Below, piece by piece: positions 26,267 through 34,916 of a stretch of DNA of 64,000 bases. Positions within the stretch are counted from its first letter, which is position 1, and each line of letters starts with the position of its first letter. A model generated the notes under the pieces. The model ran no database searches. It was not told the origin of the DNA and saw only the letters and a list, made by a program, of their open reading frames with translations. The stretch lies in IMG/VR virus record IMGVR_UViG_3300025133_000019, one strand, 5' to 3'. The DNA is from a virus (lineage: Duplodnaviria > Heunggongvirae > Uroviricota > Caudoviricetes). A program made the position numbers and the translations under genes.

Positions 26267-26656
26267 ATGCTTATAAATATGTTCGACAGTTCAACTATTA
26301 GAAGTTTGCTAGACATAACCAGAAACGATTGGCTCTTATCTGATGACAAAAGAGCTAGATATGCGAAACAGGATTTCAAATCTGTAGCTAGCTCAGACAA
26401 AGTAGTAATGGCTATTCCGACACCAGGATTTGGAGTAGATGACCTAAAGGTTCACGTAGAAAACTCTGTTCTGATAATAGAAGGGGAATCTGAGCACGAA
26501 ATTTTAGGGGAATCTGTTATAAATCAGAAATACACTGTTCCAAGAGACATAGATATAGAGAAGATAGAGTCTTCTATGAAAGATGGAGTTCTTACCATAA
26601 CTCTACCAAGAAAAGAAGTTTCTAAAAAATACCTTACTATCAAAACAGACAATTAA
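26267..26656 (+). CDS. Hsp20/alpha-crystallin small heat-shock protein
   Basis: PGFGVDDLKVHVENSVLIIEG...DIEKIESSMKDGVLTITLP. Confidence 0.9.
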   Translation: MLINMFDSSTIRSLLDITRNDWLLSDDKRARYAKQDFKSVASSDKVVMAIPTPGFGVDDLKVHVENSVLIIEGESEHEILGESVINQKYTVPRDIDIEKIESSMKDGVLTITLPRKEVSKKYLTIKTDN

Positions 26657-27243
26657 GGTAAATACACAAAAAAGTTCTCGGTCTCTTTGGTGACTGGGAA
26701 CTTTTTATTAAAAGCGTCGTCAGTTAAATATTGTCTTAGCACGTAAGACATTCTGTGTCCCCAATTCTTCATTAAATTCTTATAGAAATCTTTTATTTCT
26801 TGGTGACTAGGAGTTCTGCCAATCCCTATTTTATCGAACTGAAATTGGTGGTTAGTTTCTATCCTGCTCTTTAGCTTTTCGTGAACATCCCTTTTATCAA
26901 ACAGGGCAACACTTTTAGTATTGGTTAATTTAAGAAACCTCTTGAAAAAATTACGACTGGGGGATATCCAGCTATCTGCCAAATTCCTAAGAACTTCTTG
27001 GTTACTAATTTCCTCTTTGAGATTAGATTTCTTAAGAACCTCTAAAACCTCTTGAAATTTAGAATCTCTAATAACAGCAGCGAGGGCTAAAAAATCTTTA
27101 AGAGCTTTGTTAGCATCCTCTATAAATTTAGGGTCTAGGCTGTCTTCATTATGAACCATTAAAGAATTGAACCTTGACTGAAATTTATTGAAGTCAGACA
27201 AGGTCCACATCACAGGTATCTCTTCGTAATGTAAATTATCCAT
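26653..27243 (-). CDS. hypothetical protein
   Basis: 196-aa ORF. Confidence 0.65.
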   Translation of the reverse strand: MDNLHYEEIPVMWTLSDFNKFQSRFNSLMVHNEDSLDPKFIEDANKALKDFLALAAVIRDSKFQEVLEVLKKSNLKEEISNQEVLRNLADSWISPSRNFFKRFLKLTNTKSVALFDKRDVHEKLKSRIETNHQFQFDKIGIGRTPSHQEIKDFYKNLMKNWGHRMSYVLRQYLTDDAFNKKFPVTKETENFFVYLP

Positions 27244-27266
27244 CTACATTACTTAAAATGAAAACA

Positions 27267-27758
27267 CTATTGTCCAGTAACTCCCCACCCACCTCTGCTC
27301 TGGTCTTCTGGATCGAACTCAGTAACATCTGCTATTCGTATAGTAGGCATTACCATTAATTGGCAGACTCTGGTTCCTCTGGGTATAAATAAATTTCTTT
27401 CTTTACGCAGGGTATCATAAATACAAAACCCTAAGTAATCGTCTTTTCCACAATAATCGTTATCAATTAAACCTATACTATTTCCTTGCTGTATTCCAAA
27501 TTTCTTAAAAGTGGAACTTCTAGGTAATAGAATACTGTGAAAACCAGCAGGAAGTTTTATTACCACTCCGAGCTTGGCCATAATTAAAGGAGTGTTCTCG
27601 TCTCCATTAATATCTTCTACGGTCACCAGATCAAATCCAGCAGACCCATCTGTCTGAACTCCAGAGTTTTTGTACAGCTCTTTTACCTCTTCGTCTCTGT
27701 AGTGAATTCTTAATTTTACTTCGTTGCTAGAATCAAACGTATCTAATATAACGTCCAT
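27267..27758 (-). CDS. dut: trimeric dUTPase
   Basis: SAGFDL, PRSS, GLIDNDYCG, RVCQL, RGGWGVTG. Confidence 0.92.
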   Translation of the reverse strand: MDVILDTFDSSNEVKLRIHYRDEEVKELYKNSGVQTDGSAGFDLVTVEDINGDENTPLIMAKLGVVIKLPAGFHSILLPRSSTFKKFGIQQGNSIGLIDNDYCGKDDYLGFCIYDTLRKERNLFIPRGTRVCQLMVMPTIRIADVTEFDPEDQSRGGWGVTGQ

Positions 27759-27803
27759 AACGGTGTCTCCTTAAATAATAATTTTTTATACGGTATTAAC
27801 GAT

Positions 27804-28109
27804 ATGTCTTCTATATTAGCACAACTATACAGAATAAAAAAGATGAGTAATCTTTTTGATATAGATAAAGCTAATAACGATCATCAAACAGACTTCAGAA
27901 ATAACTCCCCTGAGGGTATATATGAACCTATATATCAGGACGATGTAGTTCCAGAACAGGAAGATACTAGAAGAATTCCGGTTGAAAAGTATTATAATGA
28001 TACACCCGTATTTGATGAAGAGATACTCAAAAACTTTGAGAACGAGATAGAAGTTGTCGAGGAAATAAAGTCCAAGGACTCTAATTTAGTCCTAAAAGTA
28101 GTCAAATAG
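27804..28109 (+). CDS. acidic hypothetical protein
   Basis: ORF upstream of the phosphoesterase. Confidence 0.55.
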   Translation: MSSILAQLYRIKKMSNLFDIDKANNDHQTDFRNNSPEGIYEPIYQDDVVPEQEDTRRIPVEKYYNDTPVFDEEILKNFENEIEVVEEIKSKDSNLVLKVVK

Positions 28110-28173
28110 TAGCTTTTTACTAACACATCAGTTATACTAATAAAACTTACTCAGTTTAAAAAGGTGATATTAT

Positions 28174-30576
28174 ATGTTACAAGAAATACTTAAATCCATT
28201 ATAGACCTCAGAGAAAAAGAGTGGGGAGAGCGGAGAATAGCACAACACTTTAAAGAAAAGGGCTTTTCTTTTATGACTCGTTACAAGGTGAACGAGTTAA
28301 TTAATGGTCTGGATAATTTCAACCTGGAATTCTACCAAGGAAAAACTTTAGAAGAGGTTTTTCCTAGCATAGCTGTCCAGAACAAAAGAATCACTGAGAA
28401 CAGTATTGAAGAAGACAGGAAACTCAAAAAAGTCAAGTCTGAGAGGGACTCGTACAAGAAGAAGTACGACCAGCTAATGAAGGAAAACAAAGACCTTCAA
28501 GAAAGACAAGATCTTTTAGATGATGTGGAAAGAAACTTTGATGTTAGTAAAGTAACTAAAAGTATCCCTGTTACACCTAAGAACTCCAAAAACATGGACC
28601 GGGCTACTGCGTTTATGATAGCTAGCGATTGGCATATTGAGGAGAGGGTAGACCCGGCGACCATTAACGGGTTAAACGAGTATAATTTGTCTATCTCTGA
28701 GGCGAGATCAAGAGAGTTTTTTAGAAACGGAGTAGACCTTTTAAATAACATGTCTACTTTCCATCAGATAGATACTCTAGTTTTAGGATTACTCGGGGAC
28801 ATGATAACTGGGTATATACACGAAGAGCTAATGGAAAGCAATGAATGCTCTCCAACTCTGGCAATGCTAAGAGCCCAAGAGTATATTACATGGGGTATTG
28901 AATACATCCTTAAAAATACTGAACTAAATGAGATTATTATCCCTTGTTGTTTCGGAAACCACGGACGAACAACCCAGAAAAGAAGGATAAGTACTGGTTA
29001 CTCTAATTCTTTTGAGTGGGCTATGTATAAAAACTTGGAAAAAATGTATGAGGATCACGAGCAGATAGAGTTCATCGTAGCTACCGGGTCTCACATATAT
29101 TTAGAAATCTTTGAAAACTTTACAGTAAGATTCCATCACGGAGATGATATTAGATATCTTGGCGGTGTAGGAGGATTAACTATTCCTCTTAATAAAGCTA
29201 TAGCTGGGTGGGACACCGTAAAAAAGGCAGACTTAACAGTCATTGGTCACTTTCATCAACTCACTGATACAGGAAACGCTGTTGTTAACGGATGCTTCAC
29301 GGAAGACATGCTAATAACTATGGAAAACGGCACTAGAAAATCTATTGCTGAAGTCCAGATTGGTGAGAAAGTTTTAACAAGAACTGGAGAATCTCATAGG
29401 GTTGTTAATACGTTAAAGAGGCCCCACAACGATAGATTACTCAATATAAGGTTCCAAGGCAAACAAAACGATATTAGGTGTACTCCTAACCACGAATTTT
29501 GGGCCATAAAAAACAATAGGACTTCTCAAACCTTAAGGCCGAGAGGAACTAAGGATTACACAAGAACTCCTGAATTTTTAGAGGCTGAGTGGATACCCGC
29601 CGAGTGTCTGAACAAGGGTGACTTAATACAAATTCCTTGGGACAAAGAGATTGTTGATGATCCTAATCTGGACTTAGACTTCTGTAGATTACTGGGATTT
29701 TACTTGGCAGAAGGTTCCATATCAAGACGTTATACTAAAAAAGAAAAAGTTGAAAAACTAAACCAAATAAATTTTACATTTCATATAGATGAAGTAGAAT
29801 ATTCTGACTTTGTTGAAAAAACTTTGAAAGATAGATTTGATTGCCATATAGGTCTCTCAGTTAGAGACGAAAAAACTACACGAGCTGTAGTTGTTAGTAG
29901 AGAACATATTTCAAATAGATTTTATGAGCTATGTGGTAAAGGCTCCCACAACAAAATAATGAGTGAAGTCTTGATGAAGCTACCGCCCGAGAAGCAGGAA
30001 CAAATTCTCATGGGATGGATTCAAGGGGACGGGCATGTTAACAAGGGCAACTCTGCCAAGGGAAGATTCAGAAACGTGTCGGGAGCGACTGTTAGTTTTG
30101 ATTTAGCTTGTCAAATGTACATTTTAGCTCTTAGATGCGGTCTCAAGCCGAGGCTATACTCCCAACAAGCTAATTCGCAAAGAAAAAGTAATTGTTATGC
30201 CATCCACTTCGGAAAAGAAGATTACCATAAAATTCTTGAGGAAATGGACGATGGAAAAATAAAAGCCGAATTTAGGCAAAGTTCCCAGTTCAGAAAGACC
30301 GATATAGGAATGAGAGAGGTTGACGGAGACCTATTCGTACCTATAGAAAATATTTGGTCCGAAGATTTTAACGGATCTGTTTATGATCTACAAGTAGAAA
30401 ATGAACATTCCTATGTGGTAAATGGAATAGGAGTTCACAACTCTTTAATTGGTTTTGGGCCTTACGCATTGTCAATAAAGGCTTCGTATGAGCCTGCTCA
30501 GCAAGCGTTTTTCTTAGTTCATGAGACTCATGGAAAAACTATATTCTCGCCCATTCAAGTAATGGTTGAAGATTAA
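28174..30576 (+). CDS. calcineurin-like metallophosphoesterase with N-terminal HTH/coiled coil, interrupted by an intein
   Basis: SDWH, GDMITG, GNHGR, HHGD, GHFH, and NG|SL after splicing. Confidence 0.85.
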   Translation: MLQEILKSIIDLREKEWGERRIAQHFKEKGFSFMTRYKVNELINGLDNFNLEFYQGKTLEEVFPSIAVQNKRITENSIEEDRKLKKVKSERDSYKKKYDQLMKENKDLQERQDLLDDVERNFDVSKVTKSIPVTPKNSKNMDRATAFMIASDWHIEERVDPATINGLNEYNLSISEARSREFFRNGVDLLNNMSTFHQIDTLVLGLLGDMITGYIHEELMESNECSPTLAMLRAQEYITWGIEYILKNTELNEIIIPCCFGNHGRTTQKRRISTGYSNSFEWAMYKNLEKMYEDHEQIEFIVATGSHIYLEIFENFTVRFHHGDDIRYLGGVGGLTIPLNKAIAGWDTVKKADLTVIGHFHQLTDTGNAVVNGCFTEDMLITMENGTRKSIAEVQIGEKVLTRTGESHRVVNTLKRPHNDRLLNIRFQGKQNDIRCTPNHEFWAIKNNRTSQTLRPRGTKDYTRTPEFLEAEWIPAECLNKGDLIQIPWDKEIVDDPNLDLDFCRLLGFYLAEGSISRRYTKKEKVEKLNQINFTFHIDEVEYSDFVEKTLKDRFDCHIGLSVRDEKTTRAVVVSREHISNRFYELCGKGSHNKIMSEVLMKLPPEKQEQILMGWIQGDGHVNKGNSAKGRFRNVSGATVSFDLACQMYILALRCGLKPRLYSQQANSQRKSNCYAIHFGKEDYHKILEEMDDGKIKAEFRQSSQFRKTDIGMREVDGDLFVPIENIWSEDFNGSVYDLQVENEHSYVVNGIGVHNSLIGFGPYALSIKASYEPAQQAFFLVHETHGKTIFSPIQVMVED
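29293..30441 (+). mobile_element. intein (383 aa) with LAGLIDADG homing endonuclease
   Basis: Starts CFTEDMLIT; block B TPNHEF; LLGFYLAEG and LMGWIQGDG; ends VYDLQVENEHSYVVNGIGVHN|S. Confidence 0.93.
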
Positions 30577-30577
30577 G

Positions 30578-30871
30578 TTACTTAGAAGATTCAAGACGGG
30601 ATTCAATATCTTTTAGAATTTGGTCCCGTTCTTTCTCTAAAGTATCTTTGTCAGTTTCCCAAGACTTCTCAGCTTTCTGCCATTCCAAAGTCTTGTATTC
30701 CTTATCCATCTTCTTATCAGAATAGACACCTTCATGCATTTCATCTATATATGCAGCTTCTATGCTTATAAGAGAATCTATAATAGAATCCACTTTAGCT
30801 TTGACTTTTATATGTGATAAAGGTAGTTTTGACATTCTAATATGATGCCAAAATAAACAATTATTTTTCAA
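30578..30871 (-). CDS. hypothetical protein
   Basis: ORF in the - strand operon. Confidence 0.55.
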   Translation of the reverse strand: MKNNCLFWHHIRMSKLPLSHIKVKAKVDSIIDSLISIEAAYIDEMHEGVYSDKKMDKEYKTLEWQKAEKSWETDKDTLEKERDQILKDIESRLESSK

Positions 30872-31934
30872 TTCCGTGCGGAATATTCAAAACATTGACA
30901 TTGGGAGTTATTTTGTGGGCTCTACATTCCCTAAGTTGTGAAATGTTGCTGGCCCCTCCGTAAGAAAAAGCTGACCCCATACCAGAAATTATTTCTCTGA
31001 TAATAGGAACTGCGCTGCCTTTGAATTCTTTGTAGGTACTCACGCCTTCTGGAGCTGTTTCTTGGCCATTATCCATATGCAAGGACTTCCTGGCCTGCAA
31101 AGAAGCCATCCCCCTGTATTCTTTATAAAATACATCTTCTATTTCTACTAGGTCTCCGGGAGTTTCTATGGTAGCAGAAAGAATCCCGCCAAGCATAACC
31201 GAATCCGCTCCAGCCCAAAGAGCTTTGACGATATCACCACACACCCTGTGTCCCCCGTCTGCTATAATGGGAATCCCAAAATTAGTAGATGGTATAAAGC
31301 AACTTTCTATGGCTGTCACCATAGGAACACCAAACCCAGTAACTACTCTGGTCTGGCACATACTTCCTCCTCCTATACCTACTTTTACTGAATCTACCCC
31401 GACATCAGCAACAAAATTAAAAGCCTCGGGAGTACAAACATTTCCAGCTACAACCTCGGTGCTAGAAAAATTCTTTTTGATAAAGTCAACAGTCCTTTTT
31501 AGTTTGTCGCTGAAACCGTGAGCTATGTCAACTACGATAGCATTAACCCCAGCATTAACTAATTCATGACATCTCTCTTGGTAATCTGAATTAACTCCCA
31601 CGCTAGCTATAACGGGATAATCAGAACAGATTTTAGAATCCTTCTTCAAAAAGTCCCTGTGTGATTTAACAATATCAACTTGCTCTCTGATGGTGTTATT
31701 CCTATGAAGGATACCTATAGCTCCTAAATAAGCCATTGTATTCATCATTTCTAGCTCAGTTACAGTATCCATGTTGGCGGATACTAGCGGTATTTTTAAG
31801 CTTATTTTTTTGGTGATTTTTCCGGTAAGATCAGCGGTAGTTCGGCTTTCCAGACTTTTTCTTGGTATCAAGAGGATATCGTCATAAGTGACGGCTTCGG
31901 AAACAATCCTGCTTCCAGGAGTGATAAATGGCAT
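30861..31934 (-). CDS. IMPDH/GMP-reductase family enzyme without CBS domains
   Basis: SANMDTVTE, DIAHG, AGNV, GIGGGSMCQTR, IADGG, YRGMAS, PEG. Confidence 0.9.
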   Translation of the reverse strand: MPFITPGSRIVSEAVTYDDILLIPRKSLESRTTADLTGKITKKISLKIPLVSANMDTVTELEMMNTMAYLGAIGILHRNNTIREQVDIVKSHRDFLKKDSKICSDYPVIASVGVNSDYQERCHELVNAGVNAIVVDIAHGFSDKLKRTVDFIKKNFSSTEVVAGNVCTPEAFNFVADVGVDSVKVGIGGGSMCQTRVVTGFGVPMVTAIESCFIPSTNFGIPIIADGGHRVCGDIVKALWAGADSVMLGGILSATIETPGDLVEIEDVFYKEYRGMASLQARKSLHMDNGQETAPEGVSTYKEFKGSAVPIIREIISGMGSAFSYGGASNISQLRECRAHKITPNVNVLNIPHGIEK

Positions 31935-31959
31935 AGCGCCTTCCTTATAAATAACTAAT

Positions 31960-32376
31960 TTAGTCGATTGGATCGAATTCGTCGTCTTCTAGCTCTTCAT
32001 CTACAGCAGAAGCTTCTTTGCTCTCTTTCTTTTCTAGGGCTAATATGTATTCTTCACCCTCTATTAAGGATATATGGAACTTAATGCACTTGTTTAAGCA
32101 ATCATGCAACGCTTCTATAGGATCTTTAATAGGAGAACCCCAGATATAGTCTGTGGGAGCTGTGTTGGTGTCTCTATTTACTTGGCACACCCTAGCTCCG
32201 TCGAGGATATCAAGGTTAAACATCCAATTACTACCCATTTCTGCGTAATGGTCAGTGACATTCTCGCTATATGAAGAAGGGTTCCTGTGAAGGACGTTCA
32301 TCTTGCTAAGAAGCCTAAATTTGTCCTCTAGAGACAAAGTCTTATAATCCTTTAGAAGTATTTTTTTTCTGCTCAT
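31960..32376 (-). CDS. hypothetical protein
   Basis: GGAAGGG SD. Confidence 0.65.
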   Translation of the reverse strand: MSRKKILLKDYKTLSLEDKFRLLSKMNVLHRNPSSYSENVTDHYAEMGSNWMFNLDILDGARVCQVNRDTNTAPTDYIWGSPIKDPIEALHDCLNKCIKFHISLIEGEEYILALEKKESKEASAVDEELEDDEFDPID

Positions 32377-32433
32377 ATCCCTTCCAATCGCTGGTTATAT
32401 ATTACTACAAAAGTCCTCGTTTATCAAGAATTT

Positions 32434-32919
32434 CTAGAGAAAGGACTTTAACTGTTTGTAGTGTGGTATGAATTTCTCTGGGTTCCGAAAAACGAATTGA
32501 TACACGCTCTTTCCCTGTCCTGGTAATACCTTTTTTACCATGAATCTCAGGTCAGAGAACGGGATAGCTAGCTTTTTACCTTTTACGGTTATCTTGGTAT
32601 CATCGGGCTCTGTTTGATAAGAAATAACCTCTACTTCCTTACTTCCTATCAAAGATATGTATCCAGAAATTAGTCTACCTTTTTTAAAGTCTTCCTCGGA
32701 TTTATAGATCTCTATCCTATTAGTGAGGTTAAAAGGGAATTCTTCGTTTTTATCTTGTGTAGGAACAGTTAAATTGAAGTTTGTGGTTTTAGGCTTTCCC
32801 CTAGGAACCCCTGGAATAGCTTTAAAAACTTTAGAAAACTGGGTCTTAGGTTTTGATAGGTCTTTTACTTGGGAAACTTGCTCCCCTAGAATCACGTTAT
32901 TTTGGCTTTTCAGTTTCAT
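32434..32919 (-). CDS. hypothetical protein
   Basis: - strand operon. Confidence 0.65.
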   Translation of the reverse strand: MKLKSQNNVILGEQVSQVKDLSKPKTQFSKVFKAIPGVPRGKPKTTNFNLTVPTQDKNEEFPFNLTNRIEIYKSEEDFKKGRLISGYISLIGSKEVEVISYQTEPDDTKITVKGKKLAIPFSDLRFMVKKVLPGQGKSVYQFVFRNPEKFIPHYKQLKSFL

Positions 32920-33298
32920 CTTTTTTTAATAGATGTGATAAGAGTAATTCGTGAAAATTATTCTTCCCGTCCTCAAAATATATGAAGTGACGATTGTTAT
33001 CTATCTCCACTAGAAACCCATTATTAAATGAGAAACTAGCTTTTCCCGAAACAGTCTTTTCGTTTCTGGTGATAGTGAAGGTAACAGTGTCTCCTATTTG
33101 AGTGCTAGAAATGTTATCTTTAATATAGGTTAACCACTCCGGATTAGCCTCTAAAGTTTCTTGATCCACCCAAGCGTGATTTCTACAATCTTCAGCCTTT
33201 TCTGAGATATTGTGACCTACAACGTGGCCCTGAGACCTAAATTTTATCATTTTTTCATCTTTAGGGCTGACTTTATAAAATCTTGAGTAGTTATACAT
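32897..33298 (-). CDS. hypothetical protein (start probably MIKFRSQ at 33250)
   Basis: - strand operon. Confidence 0.6.
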   Translation of the reverse strand: MYNYSRFYKVSPKDEKMIKFRSQGHVVGHNISEKAEDCRNHAWVDQETLEANPEWLTYIKDNISSTQIGDTVTFTITRNEKTVSGKASFSFNNGFLVEIDNNRHFIYFEDGKNNFHELLLSHLLKKDETEKPK

Positions 33299-33663
33299 AC
33301 AAAGTCACTAGAAATATTCTTAGGAGTAAATACCTCTCCTAAAACTACGAAACTATGTTTAGGTAGGAATACAAAACAGCTTTTGTAGATATGATCCTCG
33401 TTAGACTCAAAAAACTCTTTAAACTCTGGAAGGAAAGATCTAATAAATTGTATGGAATATTTTTTATTATTAGTATCTCGTAAAGATTTAACCAAGTATA
33501 AAAATACTAAGTCCACTAAAGAGTAGAGCCTAACTTTTAAGTTAGTGCCTATGGAAGGTTTTATTAGATCGGTTTTATCCCAGTACTCTAGTTGCTTATA
33601 AGTAATGTCAACAAGGTTACGAATATCCTTGGGAGTAAAAACGTAATCAGTAGTTCGTCCCAT
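33247..33663 (-). CDS. MerR-family HTH regulator
   Basis: FTPKDIRNLVDITYKQLEYWDKTDLIKPS...RLYSLVDL. Confidence 0.82.
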   Translation of the reverse strand: MGRTTDYVFTPKDIRNLVDITYKQLEYWDKTDLIKPSIGTNLKVRLYSLVDLVFLYLVKSLRDTNNKKYSIQFIRSFLPEFKEFFESNEDHIYKSCFVFLPKHSFVVLGEVFTPKNISSDFVCITTQDFIKSALKMKK

Positions 33664-33677
33664 CTGGAACTTCCCTG

Positions 33678-34085
33678 TTATTTGTTAAAAGGGCTGATAA
33701 CAAATTCTTGAACTACTTCTTTTCCGTCAGAAATATCTTGTTCTCCGGAATCTAGCCTAACTAGTTCATCAATCTCCGCTCCCAATTCATCAGGAGTTTC
33801 GTGTGGACATCCACAATCACCTTGAGAGTCTTTGCCCTCTTCTTCTACAATAGAGGTTGTACCAGGAGCATATCCTTGAGTTTCTTTAGGATCTATTTCA
33901 CTGGGAATAGGTGCGTAACCCTCTCCCCCAGATCCGATTTCCTCTGGATCTTGGAAAATAGCGTTCTCCTCGTATTCAGGATGCTCTTCATAAGAGTCAT
34001 CTCGGGAATCTTCTTCCACATACATATCAATGAGTTCCGCTATTTTTTTGATTGATTTTTCGTTATCAAATTTAGTTTTCGACAT
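33678..34085 (-). CDS. acidic hypothetical protein
   Basis: - strand operon; GGAG SD. Confidence 0.65.
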   Translation of the reverse strand: MSKTKFDNEKSIKKIAELIDMYVEEDSRDDSYEEHPEYEENAIFQDPEEIGSGGEGYAPIPSEIDPKETQGYAPGTTSIVEEEGKDSQGDCGCPHETPDELGAEIDELVRLDSGEQDISDGKEVVQEFVISPFNK

Positions 34086-34089
34086 AGCT

Positions 34090-34395
34090 CTATCTCCCAG
34101 ACACTTTAAGAGTATTGAATCCCTTAGCTGTAAGTTGGTATAAATCGGGGAATTTTCTGTTTAAATTCGGAACTTCTACAAGAAGTCCCTCCACCAAAAG
34201 ATTTTGTAAAGATATAGCCTCTTTTTGTCTGCCTGCTCTAAAAGAGAAGAGTCCTTGAGAGTGTTTAAGCCCTAAGGATAGTATATGCTTAGAGAACCGA
34301 TCTAAATTTTTAGATCCGCAAGTTTTAATAGAATTTACTTCTTCTACCTCTGTGCTGGCCTCAAAGTCAAATGTAACGCCGTCGTTTAAATCCAT
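34090..34395 (-). CDS. hypothetical protein, possibly winged-helix-like
   Basis: LQNLLVEGLL...YQLTAKG; GAGG SD. Confidence 0.55.
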   Translation of the reverse strand: MDLNDGVTFDFEASTEVEEVNSIKTCGSKNLDRFSKHILSLGLKHSQGLFSFRAGRQKEAISLQNLLVEGLLVEVPNLNRKFPDLYQLTAKGFNTLKVSGR

Positions 34396-34517
34396 GGTAA
34401 TTTCCTCGAAAAATACATTGTGAAATCAACCAAATACTAATTAAATATAAAATACGCTCCGCATAATCATTTTTTATTACTATATAATAAGAAACCCGTT
34501 TAATAGGACAATTTACC

Positions 34518-34901
34518 ATGACTGAACCAAATACCATAGATTTTGACGCTGTAGACAAATTAATTGACGACCAGATTAAGAAAGAAGCAAGCACAGAGAA
34601 ATACTTTAAAAATGTGCAAGATTTCCAAAAGAAATTGGGGGACGCTTTAGAAGCTATACGTATTGTAAAAGACCATAGCTTCGGATTAGTTAATACCGAT
34701 AAATATAGAGGTAAAATCCAAAATATCTTAGATGATATGATTGATCTTCTTAGGGAAACAGAGACAGAAAGAGATGGCTTAAATAAGAAAAGATTTAATC
34801 CCATTGAAGTTGAAGATAATACTCCTAAGGAAAGTGGAGGGGAGAGATCTCCTCAAGAAATTTCTGAATCAGGAAAAGTGGCTCCCTTAGAGAAACTCTA
34901 A
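34518..34901 (+). CDS. hypothetical protein
   Basis: AGGA SD. Confidence 0.7.
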   Translation: MTEPNTIDFDAVDKLIDDQIKKEASTEKYFKNVQDFQKKLGDALEAIRIVKDHSFGLVNTDKYRGKIQNILDDMIDLLRETETERDGLNKKRFNPIEVEDNTPKESGGERSPQEISESGKVAPLEKL

Positions 34902-34916
34902 GAGCCCAACTTATAT

